Assembly (NCBI RefSeq): GCF_963921235.1
Contig: NC_086100.1
Coordinates: 204,540,001 to 204,604,000 of the forward strand
Direction: 5' to 3'
Length of the DNA stretch: 64,000 bases
Origin: Mobula hypostoma
Taxonomy: Eukaryota
Part shown: positions 11,983 to 23,157 of the stretch, piece after piece
Layout: each line of letters starts with the position of its first letter
Numbering within the stretch: position 1 is the stretch's first letter
The notes under the pieces: model-generated
The model's database searches: none
The model's input: the letters and a program-made list of their open reading frames with translations, nothing else
What the model was told of the DNA's origin: nothing
Program-made: the position numbers and the translations under genes

Positions 11983-12980
11983 TCGTCGTCATCATCGTGG
12001 TTATCCCTCGAGGTCGAGGATGATGGTCTTCATTCTGTTGATCTACTTATGGGCTCTCAAGTGGCTTATGAGTCCAATCTTGGCTTTGAAGGTTCTTCCA
12101 CATTTCGGACAGGTAGTTCCAGGTGGCAGATTGGGCTTTGGTTGTTGCTGCCTCTCTTTCCATTTTCTTCTCTTTTCTTCTAATTCTGCACATCTGTTGG
12201 CTTCGAAAGTTGCTGATCCTTCTCGGATGATGGATTGCCAGAGTTTCCTGTCCTTGCCATTGGTTTCCCAATTGTTGATGTTGACGTTACGTTTCTTCAT
12301 GTTGGCTTTTAAGACGTCTTTGAATCTCTTCTGTTGTCTGCCTCTTTTACATTTGCCTTCTTTAAGCTGGGAGTAGAAGATTTGTTTCGGCAGACGTACG
12401 TCTTTCATCCGGACAACATGACCGCTCCATCTTAGTTGGTTCTTGATAAGGTAGGCTTCAATGTTTGTTGTTTTTGCTTCATTTAGCACGCTGACATTGG
12501 TTCTTCTATCTTCCCAGCTGATATTTAAGGTGTTTCGAAGACAGCGTTGATGGAACTTTTCAAGTGCCTTCAGATGTCGTCGGTATGTTGTCCAGGCTTC
12601 TAATGCATACAGGAGCGTTGGGATTACCTCTTCTTTGTACACTAACATTTTGGTGTCTGTTCGGATGTCACAATCGTGAAAGACTCTTGTTCGGAGACGT
12701 CCAAAAGCTGTTCCAGTGCATTTAAAACGATGTTGGATCTCTTCGTTAAGGTCGACATTGGACGAGAGGTGACTTGAGTTGAGAACTTGAGTTCGAGGTA
12801 ACTTCGTCCGCCTGTTCCACCGTTGAGGTCTTGGTTGGATTGTTCTTTGTTAGGGACCTCACCCTCTACCTTACCCCCATGGGTGACCCTACCAGGAGCA
12901 TAGCTCCAGACGGCACCGCTCTCAAGATCTCAGGACCACACAAGCCTCTCCACCGCAACAAGGTGACAATCCACGGAGAA
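11983..12980 (-). mobile_element. RTE-clade LINE, internally deleted (5'UTR joined to ORF C-terminus)
   Basis: LLYALEAW..QLRWSGHVVRMKDVRLPKQIFYSQL..RFKDVLK..CPKCGRTFKAKIGLISHLRAH; (gat/gac)n tail; RTE-like 5' leader at 12772-12980. Confidence 0.85.
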
Positions 12981-13659
12981 GTTACCTTATCAACACTTTT
13001 GAAAGTACCCAGACCTTATGAATCTTCTGGAGGGGGTGGGGGCTGTCTTCGGAAAACTCACAGTCTCTTCCTGATATATTTCTCTCATCCTCCTCCCATT
13101 CCTTGCTTCCTCGATTCTCTATTTCCCAGGCAGATCAGAATAACTATTCAGCTGGGCTTTCCCTTGGTTTGACCACTCTGACGGGCAACTCTCTGTTTTT
13201 CATGTCTGTAGTCGCCTCTTGCACTGTCTGATACAGTTGCGTTCCGTTGTTGTAAAATACTCGCAGTTTAGCGGGGTACGGGGTTTGGAATTTAATCTTT
13301 TCTTGCTTTAATGTTGTTTCACCTCCGAGTATTCCTTCTGTTTCTGCAGAACCGCTGGGGGGTAATCTTGGTCGAAATATATTAATTTCCCGTCCAAAAA
13401 GCACCCTCTTCTTTCCCCAGGCCCAGAATCTCTGCCTTGGTATTATATCGAAGGATTCAAATTACTACTGAGCGTGCTTTATCCTCTCTGTTTCCAGAAG
13501 GCCTCAGGACAAGCCGCAATGCGCTCTCTCAATTTCAAGCTCCATAGTCGGAGGAATCTCAAGCGCGTCCCTCAGCAACTTTTCTACAAAATCCATCATA
13601 GACAACCCCTCCGCTCCTTCAGGAACATTGTATATTCTGATATGTTTCCGTCGTGATCG

Positions 13660-16099
13660 ATGATGTAATTGTCTTGTGATGGGGGGGGGGTGAGGTCACG
13701 TGATGATCGATTTCGAGATAAAAGAGGAAGGCGGGAAACTATTGCGCAGTTTGTTTAAGGAGTTAGGTGGAGAAGAGACCGGTGGTGTTTTCGCTAACCA
13801 TCGTGGTTAAGTTTACTGGGAAGAATAAGAAAGAGAGTGAGAGTGAAGAAATGCCCAGCTTCAATCGAGACCCAGAAGTGCAGGAAAGTCTGTGACTGGC
13901 ATTTGATTCCGTGGCACGCAATTTTGGCTGAGTTCCGACATAGTTGGATATTGTTGTGTGGTAACCACATTTGGGAAAGGCTAGTCAATGTGAGAAATTA
14001 CTACATTCGGCGGAAGTGCTCCTTGGGGGCAAGGAATTTCTCGGCGGAAATCTGCATCGGCTGATTCGTCTTTCTGGTAATCGCTGGTATTTGGAAAGTC
14101 TGTCCTCTCGTCAACTTCGTAAATCATGGACTGCTTGAACTAACATTATAAGACTGTGTTTGAGTAAGATCTGCTAAGAATTTGCTAAGTTTCGATGTTG
14201 AACTGTTGATCGCTATAGACGCTTAGCACTGTTAACTACCGTTTTAGTTAGTTGTTAGTCTTCACTAAGTAGGACATAAATAATCTTCCAGAATAGTAGG
14301 GGACAGAGGGTCCAGTGAGATGGAGGGACTGAGTGAAATACATGTTAGTAGGGAAGTGGTGTTAGGTAAATTGAAGGGATTAAAGGCAGATAAATCCCCA
14401 GGGCCAGATGGTCTGCATCTCAGAGTGCTTAAGGAAGTAGCCCAAGAAATAGTGGATGCATTACTGATAATTTTTCAAAACTCGTTAGATTCTGGACTAG
14501 TTCCTGAGGATTGGAGGGTGGCTAATGTAACCCCACTTTTTAAAAAAGGAGGGAGAGAGAAACCAGGGAATTATAGACCGGTTAGCCTAATGTCGGCGGT
14601 GGGGAAACTGCTGGAGTCAGTTATCAAAGATGTGATAACAGCACATTTGGAAAGTGGTGAAATCATCGGACAAAGTCAGCATGGATTTGTGAAAGGAAAA
14701 TCATGTCTGATGAATCTCATAGAATTTTTTGAGGATGTAACTAGTAGAGTGGATAGGGAAGAACCAGTGGATGTGGTATATTTGGATTTTCAAAAGGCTT
14801 TTGACAAGGTCCCACACAGGAGATTAGTGTGCAAACTTAAAGCACACGGTATTGGGGGTAAGGTATTGATGTGGATAGAGAATTGGTTAGCAGACAGGAA
14901 GCAAAGAGTGGGAATAAACGGGACCTTTTCAGAATGGCAGGCAGTGACTACTGGGGTACCGCAAGGCTCAGTGTTGGGACCCCAGTTGTTTACAATATAT
15001 ATTAATGACTTGGATGAGGGAATTAAATGCAGCATCTCCAAGTTTGCAGATGACGCGAAGCTGGGCGGCAGTGTTAGCAGTGAGGAGGATGCTAAGAGGA
15101 TGCAGGGTGACTTGGATAGGTTGGGTGAGTGGGCAAATTCATGGCAGATGCAATTTAATGTGGCTAAATGTGAAGTTATCCACTTTGGTGGCAAAAATAG
15201 GAAAACAGATTATTATCTGAATGGTGGCCGATTAGGAAAAGGGGAGTTGCAACGAGACCTGGGTGTCATTATACACCAGTCATTGAAAGTGGGCATGCAG
15301 GTACAGCAGGCGGTGAAAAAGGCGAATGGTATGCTGGCATTTATAACGAGAGGATTCGAGTACAGGAGCAGGGAGGTACTACTGCAGTTGTACAAGGCCT
15401 TGGCGAGACCACACCTGGAGTATTGTGTGCAGTTTTGGTCCCCTAATCTGAGGAAAGACATTCTTGCCATAGAGGGAGTACAAAGAAGGTTCACCAGATT
15501 GATTCCTGGGATGGCAGGACTTTCATATGAAGAAAGACTGGATGAACTAGGCTTGTACTCGTTGGAATTTAGAAGATTGAGGGGAGATCTGATTGAAACG
15601 TATAAAATCCTAAAGGGATTGGACAGACTAGATACAGGAAGATTGTTCCCGATGTTGGGGAAGTCCAGAACGAGGGGTCACAGTTTGAGGGTAAAGGGGA
15701 AGCCTTTTAGGACTGAGATTAGGAAAAACTTCTTCACACAGAGAGTGGTGAATCTGTGGAATTCTCTGCCACAGGAAACAGTTGAGGCCAGTTCATTGGC
15801 TATATTTAAGAAGGAGTTAGATAAGGCCCTTGTGGCTACGGGGGTCAGGGGGTATGGAGGGAAGGCTGGTGCAGGGTTCTGAGTTGGATGATCAGCCATG
15901 ATCATAATAAATAGCGATGCAGGCTCGAAGGGCCGAATGGCCTACTCCTGCACCTATTTTCTATGTTTCTATGTTTATTTTTGTGTGTTTTGAGTTGAGG
16001 TTAATAAATAACGTTGCTTATTCATAACAACCCAACTCAAATTCACATCTATTGCTGCTGGTCAGTTTCAAAGTCGAAGTCGAAATCTATATCGTAACA
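13660..16099 (+). mobile_element. Isolated LTR (5' end missing), split by a CR1
   Basis: CpG-rich U3-like part, AATAAA 16003-16008, terminus ..cgtaaCA at 16099, no PBS following. Confidence 0.6.
14258..15975 (+). mobile_element. CR1 LINE, 5'-truncated, RT ORF open to the stop (14320-15882)
   Basis: KSPGPDG, NYRPVSL, YLDFQKAFDKV, GVPQGSVLGP, FADD; (ctatgttt)n tail. Confidence 0.95.
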
Positions 16100-16104
16100 C
16101 CTGT

Positions 16105-16693
16105 GCCCTGCACCTTGGGTGTAACTCACCTCTCTTCATGTCATATCTATCACCCGGTCCACCTCCCGGATGATCTGAAATCTATCGATTTCCAGCTCCA
16201 ACTCCTTAAAGTGCAGGGTTACAAGCTGCGGCAGATTGCACTTCTTGTAGGTGAGGGGATCAGGGACAGTGGAGGTCTCCCTACCTTCCCACCAATGTCC
16301 CCTCTAATTTGTAATGTCCAGTGTGCACATCAATGTTGTACTGTGCATTTTTAACCCAGTGGCAACATGTGCACAGTGAATTTTAAATATAGAGGTATTC
16401 ATTTTACCAGCTAGCAAATCACTGTCGATAGGAACTTCAATTTCCTCTCGGTTCGATCGAGTTCATCTGCACTCTCACACAACCTATGTAGCAGGCCTGT
16501 AATGGGTAATGAAGGATTTTCTCACCAGAGCTTTTGCACATTGTCCATATGTGGTTTGCTTCCTAAATTTTGCTTTAAAAAGTCAGTTTTCCAAATATCA
16601 GTCCACTTTTTCCCACTTGTAAATTCTCCAGCAACTTTTACACACAGGTAACACCAGTTTCTGTATCGGACATAAATATTTCCCCTGGACCCT
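16105..16693 (-). repeat. Inverted copy of 48020-48562 (unique DNA plus CR1 ORF1 relic)
   Basis: Reverse-complement matches, e.g. atatgacatgaagagaggtgagttacacccaaggtg and atgtcc(g/a)atacagaaactggtgttacctgtg. Confidence 0.85.
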
Positions 16694-16919
16694 CCAGAGG
16701 AATTGAGGATACATAAACAAATCATTTCGAACTATGTAACCTCTGGCTGAAAGAATAATTGGGACTGAATCAGAATTTTTGAACTGAAGTAAACTCTGTC
16801 TTCAGCGGTTAGCTAACACAGGCTCATTACCAGTTCCCTGCGACTTGCAGAGAGAGACACTGCGAGCTGATAACATTTTACATTGTACCCTCGTTAATTG
16901 ATAACACAATACATTGTAA

Positions 16920-17684
16920 ACACGAGGAATTCTGCAGATGCTGGAAATTCAAGCAACACACAGCAAAGTTGCTGGTGAACGCAGCAGGCCAGGCAGCATC
17001 TCTAGGAAGAGATACAGTGGACGTTTCAAGCCGGGACCCTTCGTCAGGACTAACTGAAGGAAGAGTGAGTAAGGGATTTGAAAGTTGGAGGGGGAGGGGG
17101 AGATCCAAAATGATAGGAGAAGACAGGAGGGGGAGGGATGGAGCCAAGAGCTGGACAGGTGATTGGTAAAAGCGATATGAGAGGATCATGGGACAGGAGG
17201 CCCAGGGAGAAAGACAAGGGGGGGAGGGAACCCAGAGGATGGGCAAGGGGTATAGTCAGAGGGACAGAGGAGGAAAAAGGAGAGAGAGAGAAAGAATGTG
17301 TGTATAAAAATAAATAACGGATGGGGTACGAGGGGGAGGTGGGGCATTAGCGGAAGTTAGAGAAGTCGATGTTCATGTCATCAGGTTGGAGACTACCCAG
17401 ACAGAATATAAGGTGTTGTTCCTCCAACCTGAGTGTGGCTTCATCTTTACAGTAGAGGAGGCCGTGGATACACATGTCAGAATGGGAATGGGATGTGGAA
17501 TTAAAATGTGTGGCCACTGGGAGATCCTGCTTTCTCTGGCGGACAGAGCATAGGTGTTCAGCAAAACGATCTCCCAGTATGCGTCAGGTCTCGCCAATCT
17601 ATAGCAGGCCACATCGGGAGCACCGGGTGCAGTATATCACCCCAGTCGACTCACAGCTGAAGTGTCGCCTCACCTGGAAGGATT
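16920..17684 (-). mobile_element. Penelope-like element 3' portion inserted in the ERV LTR
   Basis: Same family as 4556-5686; 11-bp TSD atacattgtaa at 16909-16919 and 17685-17695. Confidence 0.92.
17016..17051 (-). ncRNA. Minimal hammerhead ribozyme motif with one helix I mismatch
   Basis: Reverse complement agtc-CTGACGA-agggtcccggctt-GAAAcgTC-cact. Confidence 0.6.
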
Positions 17685-18111
17685 ATACATTGTAACCTCG
17701 TTTGAGTAAAGGGAGGAGGGCTCGCCGAAAAGGACAGGAATGAACTTCTGTCTGTAATTAAGTCAGGGTCCTGCAAAGGGAATAACTGATGGGGACTCGA
17801 CAGTACATCCATCTGTAATTAAAAACTTGATTTAGTGAACTCTCTTATCTACGTAATTAAGTTTTGCACCAACAGACTTGGTGGGCATACCAGTTCAAAT
17901 AACATCCTGCAATCATAATGTATGTATCATACTATGTATAAATATACGGCTGTAACCTGACTAATTCAGTCCACTTATAAGATGGTAGCAGTGCTTACGT
18001 GCGTTCGCTTTGGCAACTGGGTCTCTAACTCCTGCAGGAGAATGCGCAATAAACTGCGGTGACGATAAGAAGGTCCTCTCCCGAGTTTTATTCAGATTCA
18101 ACTTTAACATC

Positions 18112-18129
18112 TGGCGTCACGAACAGGAT
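18112..18129 (+). promoter_or_regulatory. Primer binding site, probably tRNA-Ser(CGA)
   Basis: TGGCGTCACGAACAGGAT is complementary to ..AUCCUGUUCGUGACGCCA, a vertebrate tRNA-Ser(CGA) 3' end as recalled. Confidence 0.8.
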
Positions 18130-18134
18130 CCCGA

Positions 18135-20682
18135 TATTGGGAGTACCAAGCAGGCCCCCTGGTAGCAGCAGAGATACAGAGGAGCAGATTAGGAGGCAGA
18201 TTTTGGAAAGGTGCAAAAATAACAGGGTTGTTATCATGGGTGACTTTAACTTCCCTAATATTGATTGGCACCTGATTAGTTCCAAGGGTTTAGATGGGGC
18301 AGAGTTTGTAAAGTGTGTACAAGACGGTTTCCTGTTACAGTATGTGGACAGGCTGACTAGGGGGAAAGCCATACTAGATCTAGTACTAGGTAGTAATGAA
18401 CCGGGTCAGGTCTCAGATCTCTCAGTGGGTGAGCATCTGGGGGAGTGATCACTGCTCCCTGGCCTTTAGCATTATCATGGAAAAGGATACAATCAGAGAG
18501 GACAGGAAAATTTTTAATTGGGGAAGGGTAAATGATGAGGCTATATGGCTAGAACTTGCGGGTGTGAATTGGGATGATGGTTTTGCAGGGAAATGTACTA
18601 TGGACATGTGGTCGATGTTTAGAGATCTCTTGCAGGATGTTAGGGATAAATTTGTCCCGGTGAGGAAGATAAAGAATGGTTGGGTGAAGGAACCATGGGT
18701 TACAAGTGAGGTGGAAAATCTAGTCAGGTGGAAGAAGGCAGCGTACATAAGGTTTAGGAAGCAAGGATCAGATGGGTCTATTGAGGGATATAGGGAAGCA
18801 AGAAAGGAGATTAAGAAGGGGCTGAGAAAAGCAAGAAGGGGGCATGAGAAGGCCTTGGCAAGCAGGGTAAAGGAAAACCCCAAGGCATTCTTCAATTATG
18901 TGAAGAAAAAAAGGATGACAGGATTGAAGGTAGGACCGATTAGAGATAAAGGTGGGAAGATGTGCCTGGAGGCTGTGGAAGTGAGCAACATCCTCAATGA
19001 ATACTTCTCTTTGGTATTCACCAATGAGAGGGAACTTGATTATGGTGAGGACAATATGAGTGAGGTTGATGTTTTGGAGCATGTTGATATTAAGGGAGAG
19101 GAGGTGTTGGAGTTGTTAAAATACATTAGGACGGGTAAGTCCCCGGGGCCTGATGGAATATTCCCCAGGCTGCTCCACAAGGCGAGGGAAGAGATTGCTG
19201 AGCCTCTGGCGAGGATCTTTATGTCCTCGTTGTCCACGGGAATGGTACCGGAGGATTGGAGGGAGGCGAATGTTATCCGCTTGTTCAAAAAAGGTAGTAG
19301 GGATACTCCGGGTAATTATAGACCAGTGAACCTTACATCTGTGGCAGGAAAGCTGTTGGAAAAGATTCTTAGAGATAGGATCTCTGGGCACTTAGAGAAT
19401 CATGGTCTGATCAGGGACAGTCAGCATGGCTTTGTGAAGGGCAGATCGTGTCTAACAAGCCTGATAGTGTCCTTTGAGGAGGTGACCAGGCATATAGATG
19501 AGGGTGGTGCAGTGGATGTGAACTATGTGGATGTTAGCAAGGCATTTGACAAGGTTCCACACGGTAGGCTTATTCAGAAAGTCAGAAGGCATGGCATCCA
19601 GGGAAGATTGGCCAGGTGGATTCAGAATTGGCTTGCCTGCAGAAGGCAGAGGTTCGGGGTGGAGGGAGTACATTCATATTGGAGGATTGTGACTAGTGAT
19701 GTCCCACAAGCATCTGTTCTGGGACCTCTACTTTTCGTGATTTATATTAACGACCTGGTTGTTGGGGTAGAAGGATGGGTTGGCAAGTTTGCAGATGACA
19801 GAAAGGTTGGTGGAGTTGTAGATAGTGTAGAGAATTGTCAAAGATTGCAGAGAGACATTGATAGAATGCAGAAGTGGGCTGTGAAGTGACAGATGGATTT
19901 CAACCCGGAGAAGTGTGAGGTGGTACACTTTGGAAGGACAAACTCCAAGGCAGAGTACAAAGTAAGTGGCAGGATACTTGGTAGTGTGGAAGAGCAGAGG
20001 GTTCTGGGGGTATATGTCCACAGATCCCTGAAAGTTGCTTCACAGGTGGATAGGGTAGTTAAGAAAGCTTATGGGGTGTTGGCTTTCATAAGTCGAGGGA
20101 CAGAGTTTAAGAGTCGCGATGTAATGATGCAGCTCTATAAAACTCTGGTTAGGCCACACTTGGAGTACTGTGTCCAGTTCTGGTTGCATCACTATAGGAA
20201 GGATGTGGAAGCATTGGAAAGGGTACAGAGGAGATTTACCAGGATGCTGCCTGGTTTAGAGAGTGTGGATTATGATCAGTATTAAGGGAGCTAGGGCTTT
20301 ACTCTTTGGAGAGAAGGAGGATGAGAGGAGACATGATAGAGGTGTACAAGATAATAAGAGGAATAGATAGAGTGGATAGCCAGCGCCTCTTCCCCAGCGC
20401 ACCACTGCTCAATACAAGAGGACATGGCTTTAAGGTAAGGGGTGGGAAGCTCAAGGGGGATATTAGAGGAAGGTTTTTTACTCAGAGATTGGTTGGTGTG
20501 TGGAATGCACTGCCTGAGTCAGTGGTGGAGGCAGATACACTAGTGAAGTGTAAGAGATTACTGGACAGGTATATGGAGGAATTTGAAGTGGGGGGTTATA
20601 TGGGAGGCAGGGATTGACGGTCGGCACAACATTGTGGGCCGAAGGGCCTGTACTGTGATGTACTATTCTATGTTCTATGTTC
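18135..20682 (+). mobile_element. CR1 LINE inserted just after the ERV PBS
   Basis: Endonuclease (RPPG, MGDFNFPNIDW, SDH) through RT to the 3' tail; several stops and frameshifts. Confidence 0.95.
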
Positions 20683-21036
20683 AGGCGGACTTAGTAAGCG
20701 GTTGGACCACTCTGGGGACTGTGGAGACCGACCAGGCGCCTAATAGGTATTTTACCTTTTGATGTTGTCCGTTAGTTGCTTTGGAGGTACGGTCCCTCGC
20801 CCAAGGCTGATCACATACCTTGACGGAATCTGAAAAGAATCTGTCAGGAGACTCGTATCAAGTAGGCAGAATTTTACGAAGTGGGTAGTAGGCGGTACCG
20901 GGTAAATTTTACTAAGTGGGCAGGAGGAAGACGTGCCGTGCAAATTTATCAATTGAGCAGGAGGTGCCAGCCTGGTAAATTTATCTGATTGTTAATTGAG
21001 CAGGAGGCTTTGTGCCGGGTAAATTACTTAGATAAC

Positions 21037-21960
21037 ATGGGTCAATTGCAGTCGATTGATACGAGTCGGCTAGAAGCAGTCCTGCACAATATGTGTGAGA
21101 GTGTTCCAGACAAGGAAAGATTTGCGAATGTTGAGTGCAGCACTGAATAAGAAATTGGGGAACAAAATGTGTCCACTGGGGATGGAATGTGGGATATTAC
21201 CTCATGAGAACAAGCAGCAAATTTGATATGGAAAAAGAACTGTGGAAAGAAGTGGAAGTTGTTGAAAAGGGAACGGAAGGAAAAGGCAGATCTAAAGTGG
21301 AACAGTATATTATTAGCAAGTTGGAGGAATTATGCATGTGACAAAGGGATAGAGGTAGGTACTGCAGGTCTCTGCTGCATGATTCTCTCAGCTGATGAGG
21401 GGCGGAAATGGAAAGCTGAATTGAGATACCATACCTATCAGGAGTTGCAGGCGGGAAACCATAATGAGAATGAACAGACAGACCAGATTATTCAAGCCTT
21501 GGAAAGGGCTCTCCAGCAACCTGCAAACGTCACTAAAGTACTTGAATGCAAACCTAAGCCTGGGGAATCGAGACCAGTCTATTGGGAGCGATTTGTGGCC
21601 TGCTACGGCACTTTCGCAGAAGACTAAGACTTTAATGATGGGAATCCATCCCCGCAGTTTAATGTCTTGCTGCTCCAATGCTTACCAGCAAAGTTAGCCA
21701 ACATGATTAAAGCAAATAATATGGATTGGCCTGACAATGACCGAAATCGAATGCTTTGACATATTATCGGGACTCGGCTTTCGAATCCTGATCAGCCTCG
21801 AAGGGAACTAATATTAAAGGTGAATATGTTCAGCGGGAAGAAGGATGCGAGCGGGCTGGATCTGGGGATCAGAAATGGGAACAAAAACCTACCAAGGTAC
21901 AAGTGGGGACAACAACCCATTTAGAAATTGACAAGCAAGGAAACTTCCCACCGTAAGTAC
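21037..21960 (+). pseudogene. gag: ERV gag, disrupted
   Basis: ATG 21037 gives MGQLQS (myristoylation-type start); CKPKPGESRPVYWERF resembles the major homology region; lies after the PBS and leader. Confidence 0.7.
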
Positions 21961-21974
21961 TACTCCTCAGGAAG

Positions 21975-22044
21975 GGCCCAATGTAATATTGCAAGTTGCT
22001 GGAATTCTGATTCCATTTATGATATGGGGGCAACCGCAACCACT
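21975..22044 (+). pseudogene. ERV protease N-terminal relic
   Basis: PNVILQVAGILIPF then frameshifted D(M)GATATT, a degenerate DTGA active site. Confidence 0.55.
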
Positions 22045-22985
22045 CTCTTTCTTTCTTTTGCAATCTTTTTATTGGTTTCATAATAATAAACATAACATAG
22101 TATTGATACAAAGTTATTGGGATTACATTGTTGTAATTAACAAATTTAAATATAAACCCAGTTGACACATGGGTATTAAACGTCCCAATCATACAGGATA
22201 CAAATATAATATACAAAAAAATTTAAAAATATATAACATGAAAAAGGAAAAAAATATATATACCCCAAAAGAAAAACTAACCTAAAGAATGTTAACTAAC
22301 TAAACTAAGGGGAAAAAAAGACAAGGGCTGTTATGTAATATCAAAACGAAAAAAGAACCATTAGTGTCGTCGCCTCCGCTCCTCTCAATATATAAAGAAG
22401 AAATAGAATAGGTTTGGATAAGGTCAAATTACATCACATGGAAGTGTTGAATAAATGGCCTCCAAGTCTTTTTGAATTTAATAGAGGGATTATAAATAAC
22501 AATTCTAATATTTTCTAAGTTTAAACACAACATAGTCTGAGAGAACCAATGAAATGTGGTGGGAGGATTAATCTCTTTCCTATTCAGCAAAATGGATCTT
22601 CTAGCTATTAATGTAAGAAATGCAGCCATCCGACGAGCTGAAGAGGTTAAATGACTTGATTCTATCATTGGTAACCCAAAAATTGCAGTAATAGGGTGAG
22701 GTTGTAAATCAATATTCAGAACAGTTGAAATAATATCAAAAATGTCTTTCCAATATTTTTTCAAAACAGGACATGACCAAAACATATGAGTTAAAGAAGC
22801 TATCTCAGAGTGAGATCTAACACATACAGGATTTATATGAGAGTAATAACAAGCTAATTTATCCTTAGACATATGAGCCCTTTGCACTACTTTAAACTGC
22901 ATCAACGCATGTTTAGCACATATAGAGGATCAGTTAACTAATTGAAGAATTTTTTCAAATTTTTCAATCGGTAAAGTAATCTTAA

Positions 22986-23157
22986 ACACGAGGAATTCTG
23001 CAGATGCTGGAAATTCAAGCAACACACATCAAAGTTGCTGGTGAATGCAGCAGGCCAGGCAGCATCTCTAGGAAGAGGTACAGACAACGTTTCAGGCCGA
23101 GACCCTTCGTCCTGACAAAGGATCTCGGCCTGAAACGTCGACTGTACCTCTTCCAAA
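22986..23157 (-). mobile_element. Mini Penelope terminal-repeat insertion with a fold-back end
   Basis: 9-bp TSD taatcttaa at 22977-22985 and 23158-23166; L1 ORF2 reads through when it is removed. Confidence 0.9.

Larger units (their letters stand above)
8585..13655 (-). mobile_element. L1-clade LINE, degraded and truncated at both ends (ORF1 part 13020-13655; ORF2 from ATG 11548)
   Basis: APE endonuclease (FISFNVNG, RGVAILI, GGDLN, SDHTPI), RT (KSPGLDG, SVDAEKAFDSVNW), L1 ORF1 motif FQTPYPAKLRV. Confidence 0.9.
16735..18109 (+). repeat. ERV 5' LTR (~600 bp after removing the Penelope insert; start uncertain within 16697-16735)
   Basis: TG..CA ends, TATAAATA 17937, AATAAA 18048, PBS 2 nt downstream. 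Confidence 0.8.

Noticed and set aside
14790..15494. Recurrent antisense ORFs across CR1 copies
   Set aside because: Shadow frames that recur only because the repeats are near-identical
14320..15882. Open RT ORFs (also 31198-33150 and 61003-62361) as host genes or active elements
   Set aside because: 5'-truncated CR1 copies lacking ORF1, promoter and a full endonuclease
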